A stretch of 61,078 nt of DNA, the filler included, from Sphacelaria rigidula (Eukaryota), in NCBI GenBank assembly GCA_964200075.2. It is 10 parts of 10 records of this genome, joined end to end, with 100 filler letters (N's around TTAATTAATTAA, not from the genome) between each part and the next. Parts side by side here need not be neighbours in the genome. Positions count along the whole stretch, not along the records: positions 36,710 to 42,727 come from CAXNAA020022764.1; positions 42,828 to 48,844 come from CAXNAA020022765.1; positions 48,945 to 54,961 come from CAXNAA020022766.1; 7 more parts are not named here. One strand, given 5' to 3'. Positions 39,331-50,769 of this stretch are shown here, piece after piece. The translations under genes were made by a program, and so were the position numbers. Numbering within the stretch: the stretch's first letter is position 1; the number at the start of each line of letters is the position of its first letter. The notes below the pieces were generated by a model. The model saw only the letters and a program-made list of their open reading frames with translations, did no database searches and was not told the origin of the DNA.

Positions 39331-40279
39331 CGCCTTTTTGGAAAACGAAGTCGCCTCCCACTCACAGGAACAACAAGTCTCTCCTTATACCGAGACGCGC
39401 TGTACCACCTTACAACGACAATGGCCACAGCGCCTCTTTCTCACGCAGGTCTTACCACGTGTTTGAAGTCCTTAGACTCCTCTTCCTGGCCAACCTGGCC
39501 AAGCATGGAACAAGCAACTTTCGCTGGCTCCACCAGGCAGTAATTTCGCCGCTTTTTCTGGAACGATCTTGGGCTCGCCAGCTGTCGATCGACCGCTCGC
39601 ACCTCACGCACGAGCGATATCACAGCCCGCCCTAGCACTGCCTAAGAACCTCCTCGGCTCTACTTCTCCAACTCCTCGCGACGTCAACACGCCTTCAGCT
39701 GGTCTTGTTTGCTGCAAACCGATCAGGCCTGCAGACTTTCCTATCTTGAAGTGTCAGCTGCTTTTTACCATACCTACCGCTTGTCAGCGGACTTGATGAA
39801 CGTTCATTATAGACTTCTGTCACTCAAGATCAGATTGCCATGTGGACTCCTCCCATCACGGGAACATGGACTTCAGCAGCTTTAGTTATTCATGTATTAA
39901 CCCTCAGCATAGTACAGGAGAACAGGAGCATAGCCTCTCTCCACCAGAGTAGCAAAACTAAGCCACACGTCATGGAGGTCACCTACCACAGAGCCCGGCA
40001 ATCAGACCCGCAACTCCACCTACACAATGTGGCTAGAGTCTACAGGCCGAGTATTATGGCACACAGATTGTTGGCCCACAGAGTGTTCACTTTTGGGACG
40101 TTTGATCCACTTTTTGACCCCCAAACAAATAAAAAACGCCGACACACGTCTCGGACACTTTGAATCACCCCAGAGAGGGGAGCCTAGTCTGCTTTTCAGA
40201 TTCCCTTCGCTCCGACGTTTCGAGATTGGCCGCTGAACAAATGTCCGTGCGCAAAAATCTGTGCTTGCCGACGCCCTCC

Positions 40280-40682
40280 AGTTTGGAGTATTTCAGATCG
40301 TACCCGAAATACCTAACCTTTGAGAAGAGTATGAGGGCATACCCAAGTGATACTCTATGCCAAGGTATTGCTGAGAGTCCTTACCCAATATTCGGGTAGA
40401 GTATTTGAGGTTGTGCTCAATCTTCCCAAAATCTGGGGAGAGGGTTGGGATCATGCCCAAGTGATACAATATGGCCATGCCCAAGTGATACAATATGGCC
40501 AGGTATTGCTGAGAGTCCTTACCTAATATTTGGGTAGAGTATTTGAAGTCGCACCCAATACACCCAAAGTTCGGGTAGAGTATTTGAGGCCGCACCGAAT
40601 CTACTCGAACCTTGGGTGAAGTAAATACCCGGGTATTTTACCCGAGAGTTCAAAAGTACATACCCTACCCGATCTGCACTTA
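40280..40682. mobile_element. hAT-like non-autonomous element built of internal GGGTAGAGTATTTGAGG repeats
   Basis: Terminus AAAAGTACATACCCTACCCGATCTGCACTTA resembles the ends at 20514 and 60829. Confidence 0.65.
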
Positions 40683-40873
40683 AACGGTTTGATCAGTGAG
40701 AGATGGGAACGGTATTTCTTCACATTGCTGAAGGCTGTATCGGCAACGATCGACCAAACCGACATTGAGAATACTGCGAAACAACCGACAGCACTGTCAC
40801 TAGGAGACCCGCCAAAGCCAAGTGAAACTGAGGAGACTCTGAGAGCTACGTCGGACGGCAAAGGGACAGGGGT

Positions 40874-41169
40874 TGTAATGCGTGAGAGGACTGCGTGCCT
40901 AGGGGACCGCATCGAAGTTTGGAACACCTCGGGATCGACGTTTTCCAAACCCAATCGGACCAGTGTAATGCGTCAGAAGACCGCGTGCTTCGAAGATCGC
41001 ATCGTTGTTCGAAACACCTGAGGGTCGACGTTTTTCAAGCACAATGGTGCCAGTTTCTGCAGGGACCACGCCCCTGACCCCCAACACTAACCCTAAACCT
41101 AACCCTAATCATGGGAATGTCCAGATTCCGACGCAGTTCTCAAAGCACGCGGTCCTCTCACGCATTACA
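40874..41169. mobile_element. TGT...ACA MITE with internal CCCTAA repeats (left end duplicated internally)
   Basis: TIR TGTAATGCGTGAGAGGAC(C/T)GCGTGC. Flanks GGGGT/CGGGT. Interrupts the LINE GxDG motif. Confidence 0.88.
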
Positions 41170-41835
41170 CGGGTCGGGATGGTCCACCTGCTGAAATACT
41201 CGGGCTTGGACGAAACTGGGAGGCGTCGGAGATTCTGCACCTCTCCCATAGCATCGTCTCTACCGTTTGGACATCTGGCGAGGTGCCGTAGGAATGGAAA
41301 GATGTCACTGTTAAAGTGCTGCATCAAAGAACGAAGAGAGCCGAGCGTGGTAGCTAGAGGGGCATTTCACTTGTGGCACATGATGCTGAAGTTCTCCTCA
41401 AAATGTAGTCAACAAGCTTGGGAACTTCTTTGAGGAAAAAGATGTCTTCCCGGAGAAGAAGTGTGGATTTAGGCGACAACCATCGACCACAGACATTATG
41501 CTCGTCGTACATCGACTTTAGGAGTTGGAACCGGTGAGCAACGTCTCACTAAATATGTGCTTTATCGACCTGAAGAAGTTCACGACTCCGTAGACCGCAC
41601 GCTCCTGTGGGGGGTGCTTGGTCAGTGCGGAGTCCCGCCGCGAATGATCACGATTATTTGTATGTCTCACAACGGCATGCGAGCTCGGGTACAGCGAGAT
41701 GGTGGAGAACTATCACCGTGGTTCCACGTCCACCCGGGACTCAGACAAAGTTGCGTTTCGTCTCCGCTTTTGTTCAACATCTTCGGCGAAGCCTTGGTCG
41801 ACTTGATCGTACAGCAGTTCACGGCGGATCCAGTC

Positions 41836-42040
41836 TACAAATGCGTGAGAGGACCTCGTTCTTAGGGGACCGCATCGTAGTTTTCAACACCTGAGGATCG
41901 ACGTTTTTCGAAACCAATCGGCCAATCCCTGCAGGGACCACGCCCCTGATCCTAACCCCAACATTAACCCTGACCCCAACAACAGGGTTCTTTGAACTCC
42001 GATGGGGTCTTCTAAGCACACGGCCCTCTCACGCATGACA
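41836..42040. mobile_element. TGT...ACA MITE copy
   Basis: Same TIRs, degenerate. Flanks CAGTC/CAGCC. Interrupts LINE FTADP-AIVS. Confidence 0.85.
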
Positions 42041-42627
42041 CAGCCATCGTCTCTCAGAATTGTCTACATGGAGCGCGGATGCGCCGAAAGGTAACGGTTG
42101 CGAACACCTGGAAGAGACGCCGCTGGGAAGGGTGCGGCGTGCGGTGTGAAGAATGCTTTATGCGGACGACGCCGGCATAGTCTCGAGAACCTCAGACTGT
42201 CTTGCTCGAATGGTGGCCGTGGTAGTGGTGACCTGCCAGGAATTGGGACTGACGGTCTCCGAAAGCAGGACGTGCGTGGTCCATGCGCCTGTGGTCAGCA
42301 CCCAGTTCCACGGAGGCTACCCTGCGCATCAAAGCTGCCGGTCAACGGTATAAGCAGATGAGTAAGTTCGTCTACCTTGGTGGTGCTATCAGCGAGGATG
42401 CAAACATGTCGATCGGAATTATGCGCCGTATCAGCGCAGCGTGGGCGCGTATCCGAAATTTTGGCTGCCAACTCTACAATCGAACCAACGCCCAGCTATC
42501 CTCGAAAGTCCGGCTGCTTCACGTGGAGGTGGTGGAAGCTCTGCTGTATGGATGTGCCACATGGACGTTATGCTCTGAGGACTGCACATCACAAGATTAT
42601 GCCGCGAGTGGTTGGATTCCGCAGGAG

Positions 42628-42691
42628 AGATCGGAATGGTGTTTAAAACTCCGATGCGGTCCAAAAGGCACGTGGTCCGCACACGCATTAC

Positions 42692-42692
<1 letters not shown>
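42628..42692. mobile_element. Right-end fragment of the TGT...ACA MITE
   Basis: CCGATGCGGTCC..GCACGTGGTCCGCACACGCATTACA. Confidence 0.7.
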
Positions 42693-42726
<34 letters not shown>

Positions 42727-42727
42727 A

Positions 42728-42827
42728 NNNNNNNNNNNNNNNNNNNNNNNNNNNNNNNNNNNNNNNNNNNNTTAATTAATTAANNNNNNNNNNNNNNNNN
42801 NNNNNNNNNNNNNNNNNNNNNNNNNNN
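42728..42827. other. Artificial scaffold linker
   Basis: 44N-TTAATTAATTAA-44N. Confidence 0.98.
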
Positions 42828-43619
42828 TTTTTTCAACCCCATTTTCGAAAATCGGCTGTTTGATGGTCCGCACGAGAAGAACCACGACGCTGACTGCAGG
42901 CGAAAGTACCCTGCGTTGTCTCAATGCCTCGAAATTAGCGGCGTAAACCTTGACCCTCACGAGCAAGACAATTCCCTCCTGACTTTGCGCGTGCGTATGC
43001 TGTCCACCATGACCCTAAAGGTCTTGACTTACTCTCTACGAGTCATTCACGATATGAGCTACGGAGCCATCAACAGGGATACCCTCACGAGGATCGTACG
43101 AAATCGTATGCAACACAGGAAGGGCGGGGCTGCCACGGTATGTGCATTTGACATCTGGATCCGCGGACGGTGCTTTTGCAGCTTTTCCTTGATGCGAGTG
43201 TTCGACCGCTCTACGAGGGTTGGTGTAGTCTCCTTGCGCGCGGTACTTGAGCAGGGAAAGGCTTCATGAGGCGCGTTGCAGGGGCGACGGGGGGTTGCCG
43301 CTGGGAGGGAGTGTTCTTCGGGCAGGGGCGGTGATGCTGTTGAGTGCGCTTGCTGTGGGTAGAAAGTAATGTGGGTGGTGACGGCATACCTGTGATTGGG
43401 TGAACGTTGTGGTTGTCGTTCTCGGTTCGCTGTACTATTTCGGGAGTACTTTCAGATTCGTCGTGACACTTCAACACGTCTATGAAGATGCACATTTCCC
43501 TGCGTTTTACAGATTTCGATCTTGATCCCCCATCAGCATTTCTGTATAACCGTCATATTCCGTGAGCGCCTGGCAGATAAAAGGAAGACGACCATCTGAT
43601 ACTTGACCCGGTCATCACA

Positions 43620-44955
43620 TAATTATCGTCGTGAACCACCGGCTGTCCTTCGGGAGCACCATCTATCATTCGACCGTGGAAGATAAAAATATATTATGCA
43701 GTGTTTTTTCATCTGGTAGTTGTGAGACATCATCGGAACTCATTAGGGAACGCCGTGTCTACCTCGACCCCGGCAAATGAGCGAACGTGACCCAGTCATT
43801 TACATATGACACTCGTTGTTCATCACCATCAGTTGCTCGGGGAACACGGTTTTGGTCCGACCCCGGCAGATGAACCGGTGTGAGCTAGTGACTACACAAG
43901 ATACTCGTTACCCATCACCAGCACTTGTCCGGGAGCATCATTTTTGCACCCTGATAGATGAAAAGAAAAAAACGCAAGAGACCATACACATGATACTCGT
44001 CGTTAACCATGGGCACTTGGTCGGAGACACCATCTTTACTCAGACTTTAGAAGGTGAAACTATTCCAGGCACAGAGTTCACACACGTGACTATCGTTGTC
44101 CAGCACCAGCACTCGTTCGAGGACATCTTCGTTTATCTAAATCTGGAGAAAGAAAAACAATCAGCCGGTGATCTTGCACATGGCACGGTGGATGTCCATC
44201 ACCAGCACCTGTCCGAGAGAGTGATGCTACGGTAGGGGTAGAGAAATAATTTCTGAGATTATAATTGTTAGGAGCCCCTTATCTCATCCGAAACACGAGT
44301 TAAAAAAACATGCGAGAGTACGCCAGGATTACTATTCCNNNNNNNNNNAAGGAGCCCCTGAACCAGACAAAATTTCGCGAAAAAAGTGCACCCCTACCGT
44401 AGCATTGCTCGAGAGCATCATTTTTGCACCCTGCCGGATAAAAACGAAAAAGAGCAAGAGACCATACACATGATACTCGTCGTTAACCATGGGCACTTGG
44501 TCGGAGACATCATCTTTACTCAGACCTTGGAAGGTGAAACTATTCTAGGCACAGAGTTCACACGTGACTATCGGTGTCTAGCACCAGCACTCGTTCGGGG
44601 ATATCTTCGTTTATCTGACTCTGGAGGATGAAAATCAATCAGCCGGTGATCTTGCACATGGCACGGTGGATGCCCACCACCATCAGTTGCTCGGGAAGCT
44701 TGTTCTTGGTCCGATCCCGGCACATGAACCGGTATGATCTAGTGACTACACAAGATACTCGTTACCCATCACCAGCACCTGTCCGAGAGCATCATTTTTG
44801 CACCCTGACAGAAAAAAAAAATGAAAACAGGAGACCTTACACATGATACTCGTCGTTAACCATGGGCACTTGGCCGGAGACACCATCTTCACTTAGACCT
44901 TAAAAAGTGAAAACATTCTAGGCTCAGAGTTTACACGTGACAATCGTTATGTAGA
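43620..44955. repeat. Degenerate ~93-bp tandem array with a higher-order (~375-bp, 4-unit) period
   Basis: Monomer core ACTCGT..CA(C/T)CA..GCAC(T/C)TG..GG/AGAGCATC. GAGCATCATTTTTGCACCCTG at ~43933, ~44413 and ~44787. Confidence 0.8.
44220..44409 (+). mobile_element. AG...CT MITE with a perfect 6-bp TSD (internal assembly gap)
   Basis: Ends AGTGATGCTACGGTAGGGGT / ACCCCTACCGTAGCATTGCT. TSD CGAGAG at 44214-44219 and 44410-44415. The empty-site sequence is visible in a neighbouring tandem unit. Confidence 0.9.
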
Positions 44956-45371
44956 CACTCTTGAATGACACATTTTCCGTTCTATTTCACGCGGAAGGTA
45001 TACATGACTACTAATCAGAGAAAAAACGTTTTTTTCACTTGTTTACAGGTTGATCTATCCTCGTTTGTTGCTCTCTCGCATGTCTTGATCACCGATATCA
45101 TGCTGAAACGAGCCGTCATACAACACATAATAATTTTCCATCTTATTGATGCCGTAATCCTAAATGTCCACACGTTGTGACCGTGTCAACACGCTCCGTC
45201 AAGTACTTTTCTGTTGCCCACTTACTCGCTGCATCCCAACTCCCCATGCGGCTATCCCTGCTGGCACCGTTCCCTGTGCTTGCGGCGCTGCCTGCGCTGC
45301 AGAGGTCGACTGTATTTGCACCGTGGCTACTGTATCGTACTTCTCCACTACCGTGGTGTAGTGCATGCACG

Positions 45372-45627
45372 AGTGATGCCGCGATAGGGTCTGCACTTTT
45401 GGGGCCAAAACCGGCCTGATTCAGGGGTTCCTCAAATTGGGAACTACACAAGAATATGGGTGAGGATATCCCCGCTTGCAAATTCATTAGGGCTATCCCT
45501 AGCAAATTGGAAGAAAATCCCTGGCGTACTCTCACCCATTTCGAAAGTCGTGTTTTGGATGAGATCAAGGGTTCCTAACAATTCTTATCTCAGGCCGTAA
45601 AAGTGCTGACCCTATCGCAGCATCACT
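45372..45627. mobile_element. AG...CT MITE, second subfamily (256 bp)
   Basis: TIR AGTGATGCCGCGATAGGGTCTGCACTTTT / AAAAGTGCTGACCCTATCGCAGCATCACT. Flanks TGCACG/CGCACA. Confidence 0.85.
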
Positions 45628-45708
45628 CGCACATTGCTACTAACATGGAAGTTTCTTTCTACCCGCGTCGTAGCTTTGCAACAGTGCACGACGTCTGAGC
45701 GGCCAGCT

Positions 45709-46069
45709 GGCAATGCTACGGAAGGGGTGTACTTTATTCGCAAAATCTTGTCTGGTTCAGTGGCTTGTAATGATTCAAGATGTACAAGAATATGGGTCAG
45801 GGCATCCTGAATCTTGATAAAAATCTTGTATCATGTACAAGGTGGGGTACTCAAAAATGATAAAAGAGAAAAAGGCTCCGATGTTGACCTTCCTCCTGTG
45901 TGACCCCGGCTGGTGCGCCCACATATACCGAAAGGTTTAGACTGACGCCCAGAATAAATGGGACGACAACACTGTAACAAATTATATAAGTCGTATTTTC
46001 GAAGATGCAAAGGGGTTCTAAAAGATTTATCCTAAACAAATATATGTGCATCTTTACCGTAGCATCACC
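45709..46069 (-). mobile_element. AG...CT-family MITE (ends read GG/CC) carrying a nested SINE fragment
   Basis: Both ends match 44220-44409 and 59787-60040 in reverse. Flanks CCAGCT/CCAGTG. Confidence 0.8.
45839..45972 (+). mobile_element. tRNA-SINE 3' fragment
   Basis: CCTTCCTCCTGTGTGACCCCGGCTGGTGCGCCCACATATACCGAAAGG..GGGACGACAACAC. Confidence 0.8.
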
Positions 46070-46096
46070 CCAGTGGCACTACTGTACAGCACAATA

Positions 46097-47018
46097 CCGT
46101 ATAAGTGCGAGAGATGGCACCGGTCGGGAAGACGGCACCGGTCGGGGAGCTGGCACGGGGGTGCGCAAAAAAAAGTGGAAATGGCATGCTTTAATTGTAT
46201 TTTCGCACCGGGGGCGGTAAGATCGCACCGGGGTGTGATCTTACCGACCCGGAACCCAACTTTGAGGGTTCCGCGGGTGGAGCAGGGCCGCTCATGAGCT
46301 GCTGCATGTACACACATGGGTACCTTTCACGTGTGTCGTGTTGTCAACATGTTGTCGGGGCAACACTACTTTGCGTATGGTCACGATTCAAGCAGGATGA
46401 TGTCTGTTATTTTCATATAATCCGCATGGAAAATCGCTCATTCCGTCCGAACAAAGTACGGTACACACCCAAATGAAGCAGCCAACATTTTTTTACCTTC
46501 ACGCCATATCCAGACTAGCACTGAACACCTACCGGTACACAGCAGATGGCCTTTGTGCTTTGGTGATCTACGGCAAGCTAGTGCGAGCTACTACGTTCCA
46601 GACCCCGTTGCCGTGATCCCTTCGAGCCAGCAACAAAGGTACCTAGATACCAATGATGCGCCCACCGCACAAACGATGATGCGCCCACCGCACAAACAAA
46701 AAAACGCTGTTCTTTACGGATGATCTTCTGTATTGTCAACTAGCGATCTTTCACAACTCAATGCCTCCTTCCTCGTCCCCATCCCTCGACACGCCCAAGT
46801 ATGTTGGCCACTGTTTGCATTTGTTTGCGTATCGCACCGGTCGGTGAGATGGCGCCGGAGTGCGTTGAATAATCCAGTAAGAACCATTTAATTGCATTCC
46901 GGCACCGGGGTCGGGGAGATGGCACCGGTTGGGGAGATGGCACCGGGGTGCGAAAAAATCCGAGAAAAAACATTTAGAAAATCGATCGCACCCGGTGCCA
47001 TCTCTCGCACTTCTACGG
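46097..47018. mobile_element. Non-autonomous Tc1/mariner-pogo-type element (922 bp)
   Basis: TIR CCGTA(T/G)AAGTGCGAGAGATGGCACCGG flanked by TA on both sides, with ~20-bp subterminal repeats. Confidence 0.85.
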
Positions 47019-47061
47019 TAGTCTTGTACCAGGTACGGTGGCTCAGTTGGTAACCCCCTTC

Positions 47062-47381
47062 ATTCGGGACGCCAGTCTACACCTTTCGGTATACGTGGGC
47101 GCATCAGTCGGGGTCACACAAGAAGAAGGCCAGCACTGGAGCTTTTGTTTTCTTTAGTACTCCACCTTCCTTCTGCGGTGCTTGCCCTATTTTTTATCGC
47201 GAGAGTGCTTCAGCGGTCCTTTTCACTCGTCGATCGTGAACACGCATTTTTGTGCACCCACGACATGGTCGCTTTCCACTGTTGGGCATGGCTCGAGAAA
47301 AAATCCGAGATCGCTCTGAGACTGGAGCCCATGACCCAACCGTCAAAATGTTTCGAGGTTACCAACCGAGCCACGGCGACC
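47062..47381 (-). mobile_element. tRNA-derived SINE copy, with an inverted head fragment at 47037-47056
   Basis: Body and head are homologous to 8058-8419. Confidence 0.82.
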
Positions 47382-48220
47382 GGCTACAATGGACTGCATA
47401 CCTAAAAGCAGTACATATATAGAGAGTGTCGGAAACACAAATCATAACTCAGGGATAAGGAAATACTCAGGGATTATTAAGAAAGTTGGGATTTAAGGCC
47501 AGGATAAGACGAATTCCCCTAGATAAACCTCGAAAACTGAACCCTGAGAAGAGACAATCTCAGCAACTCAGGTTTAATTTTCAATTTTTCAAAAAAAAAC
47601 TGAGTTGCTAGACACCCCAAAGCGTTGGTGCCGAACTCAGGGCTATGGAACGGAACTAGACACCCTGCCCGATAACAACCAAGGTTACAGAACACAGCCG
47701 TAGGACAAATATCCTAAGTGAGGCGGTGGCGGATGTCGTGAACGCCCGCGACAGCACTGGTGATGGCAACTCGTTTAGAAGGGTGACCCAAAACTACGAG
47801 GAACACTTGGAGGCGAACGGGGGAGCCGAGACACCAGTCGAAGTGGCTCATGATGATGCGAAAGGGCGGGAGTCGGCCGCTCAAGCAGCTGCTATGAGGA
47901 CGTGACGAAATGGCAACCCAACGTGAAGCTTGCGTTAGCTCGCGCAGTTACACCACCCTTGGGTGGCCATTTTGTCGAGATCCCCGTAGCGGCTGCATGG
48001 GTGGCCCACTTCAGCCCTTCCACGTTATCTTTAGCCAGGTCGACGGGTGTCTTTCTGTTCCCCCTCTCGTCTTCACGCAGCTAGGATTACTGCGTGTGGT
48101 GAACCTCTATCGAGAACTACTGAACTTTCTCAAAGTATGCAAACGGACACACATAGGCATGTGCACACTTGTACTACAGACAACAGTAGTACAGTACTAC
48201 AGACAGTCTGAGTGGTACAG

Positions 48221-48431
48221 TGTAATGCGTGAGAGGACCGCGTGCTTAGAGGACCGCGCCGTAGTTCAAAACACCGCAGGATCAACGTTTTTCAAAATCA
48301 ATCGGGTCAGTACCTGGAGGTACCATGCCCCTGACCAAAACCCCAACACTAACCCTAACCCTAACCCCCACCACAGGGATATTCAAATTCCGATGCGGTC
48401 CTCTGAGCACGCGGTCATCTCACGCATTATA
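48221..48431. mobile_element. TGT...ACA MITE copy with CTAACCCTAACCCTAACCC
   Basis: TIRs TGTAATGCGTGAGAGGACCGCGTGCT / AGCACGCGGTCATCTCACGCATTATA. Inserted in an ACAGT-rich tract. Confidence 0.88.
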
Positions 48432-48664
48432 ACAGTACAGAACAGAACACTTCCTACCGAAAGTATACAAACCTGTCTACAGACAGTGCAACAACAGTAC
48501 AACAGTAGTAGTACAACCCTCAACTGTTTCAACTCAATAGTGCTCTACCAGACACCGACATGTGCAGCACTTGTGAATGACTAGCGGGCGCCGAGGTGCA
48601 CTGCCTGTGTGCCCAACGCTGTCGGCTGTGCCGGGTTGGTATCCGGAGGCTGTGTTTACGATAC

Positions 48665-48844
48665 TGTGTGTGAGTTTTCGTCCCATCTATTCTGGACGCC
48701 GTGCTACACCTTTCACCTTTCGGTATGTGGGCGCACCAGTCGGGGTCACACAGGAGGAAGGTCAACACAGGAGGTTTTTTCCTCATGTTATGTGTTTGTT
48801 TTTAGTACAGTACTCCATTTTTCTTCTGAGGTGCTTGCCTTTAT
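48665..48844 (-). mobile_element. tRNA-SINE 3' half, cut by the scaffold end
   Basis: CGTCCCATCTATTCTGGACGCC..GGGGTCACACAGGAGGAAGGTCAACAC. Confidence 0.8.
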
Positions 48845-48944
48845 NNNNNNNNNNNNNNNNNNNNNNNNNNNNNNNNNNNNNNNNNNNNTTAATTAATTAA
48901 NNNNNNNNNNNNNNNNNNNNNNNNNNNNNNNNNNNNNNNNNNNN
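48845..48944. other. Artificial scaffold linker
   Basis: 44N-TTAATTAATTAA-44N. Confidence 0.98.
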
Positions 48945-49449
48945 CCCCCCCCTTCCCTCTTCTCGAAAGGGGTGCGTGGTCAATGCTTAAACGACCTAGG
49001 CAAGCGACAAATGAGTACGCCCCCCCCCCCCGACAGAGGGGGCCCCGCCGGAGGCGCCGTGCTGGAGGAACGTTTTTACGCGATTTGGCTTCACTAGAGC
49101 TGAAAAATACGTTAAATATGGGCTTATGAAAACGGTAACGGTGAATAATAGTTTGAAACCATTATCCACAATGGTCATATAACCATAACCATTATTGCCA
49201 TTATGATGATAATGGCCAGTTATAACTGGTGCCATTTCCGAGCTGTGATAAAAGACGAAGTTTTCAAGATCGGGGGGCGAAAACATCGTCCAGGGTAGTA
49301 CGCGCTGAAACAAGGAGATGAAAGAAAGCAAACCAAGAACCATGGAAGAGGAAGTTGGGCACGATGAATTGCGTCTCGAGCAAAAAAGAGAAAAAGATTT
49401 GAGTACACAAAGCTTTACATCATCAGAATGTAGTGGCGCGGAAAAAACC

Positions 49450-49706
49450 ACGGGTCTGACGAATCATGGCCGGCTCGAATCATCAAATACACGATTGTTC
49501 AGGCCTGATTGCTCGAAAGACAGGACAAAATTGACCGCGGGTCAAAAAGGTCTCCTCGCAACTTTTGCGCCATGCCACGTGCCTGGGCTGCGCGTACCTG
49601 GGTTGCAACGCTGAAAACAAAGCCTCAGGATTGATTCATACGGTACGAATCAATTATACTTGAATCAACTAATTTCCATATGAATCATGAATTCGTCCAA
49701 TCCTTG
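49450..49706. mobile_element. Dispersed repeat end homologous to 4115-4372
   Basis: Alignment by eye. Confidence 0.65.
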
Positions 49707-49900
49707 GCCAAAAAACGAAATGGCGCGATTTTGGATAAACGTAATTTCATTTCCTATCCAGAGATGGGTAGGTACTCAGGCGTTAGCTGTGCAGTACCCA
49801 ATGGAAGCTGTGTGAGTAATCAAACGTGTTGATTGTTCTGCGTGGTGCATGGAAGCACCGTCCTGTTTTTGACATGTCTTGAAGTAGGTTCATGCATCAC

Positions 49901-50059
49901 CTTTCTTCTGATCTGCATTGGCTTTAGGCGGTACACCATCTCCGTGATGACAGCCACATCCAATCCTTCAAACATGGAGAGGGTGTTCAGCAGCCGCCCG
50001 TGTGTGTCATAAGCTAGCTTTACCCGCAGCGCATGAGGCAAGTCTCTCAGGATTGGCAA
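49901..50059 (-). CDS. CNBD cation channel exon: C-linker end and CNBD start (LPILRDLPHALRVKLAY...LSMFEGLD..EMVYRLKP)
   Basis: ILxxLPxxLR and FxxL..L(K/R)P pattern of KCNH/HCN/CNG-type channels. 159 nt, AG/GT, phase 0. Confidence 0.88.
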
Positions 50060-50769
50060 CTGAAAGAAACGGAGGCAGATGAGGGAGAGAAAAAGAAATG
50101 GGAGAGATGATTAAAATATATATGTTTGTGGAGAAAGAACGTCGTACGGAAGACTGTATTCGCTGATCATTCATCAGGATGTTTCTCATGGAAGCGTAGA
50201 GAATACTCGACTTTGGTCGCCAAGTGAAAGTACGCTTTTTTTTAAAGTACGTGAAGTGGTTCGACTGGTTCTTATATGTTGGCGATCACTGCGTTAGATG
50301 TCACTTCATATTCGTCATTCGCGTCCGATATGATGGATACATTATGATCCACCTCGGAAAACGCTCGGAGCATGGCATTAGGGCCTCGTGTTATCCTCAA
50401 AGCGTGATATCAGGCTTCCCTCCGAACCCGGCACTTTGTTGACTGGAACGTCAGTGGGGAAACTCGACATTAGTGAAGAATAGAAATCTCCGAACCGAGC
50501 CCCGAGCTCCAACAGGAAATCAACAGGGGCGAATTCGTGAACATTTGTCGACATTCTTGAAAAGAGAGATGTAGAATAACTGGAAAAAATATTTTATCGC
50601 CTGTGAGGCATTAGTCATTCCACGTGACCCAAGGTGAAAAAGTCGAAATCCTAGGACTGAACTCCGAGCTTGTCGGAAAGTTAACTCGAACGAATTTCTG
50701 CGAGTAGTTGTCGACATTTTGCAAAGAGTACAGAAGCAACGGCAGGTTTTGTTTTGGCACACTTCGGAT

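Larger units (their letters stand above)
40683..42630 (+). pseudogene. RTE-clade LINE reverse transcriptase relic interrupted by MITEs
   Basis: Motifs RGISLV, CFIDLKK/DSVDR, GLRQSCVSSPLLFNI, LYADD, FVYLGG and LLYGCATW, with many stops and frameshifts. Confidence 0.92.

Noticed and set aside
42693..42726. Poly-C tracts as G-quadruplex or regulatory elements (also ~5690-5740, 18246-18255, 36217-36245)
   Set aside because: They are mostly next to gaps or scaffold ends, so homopolymer lengths are unreliable.
48349..48370. True telomere or chromosome end
   Set aside because: Only about 3 CCCTAA units, internal to a TIR element.
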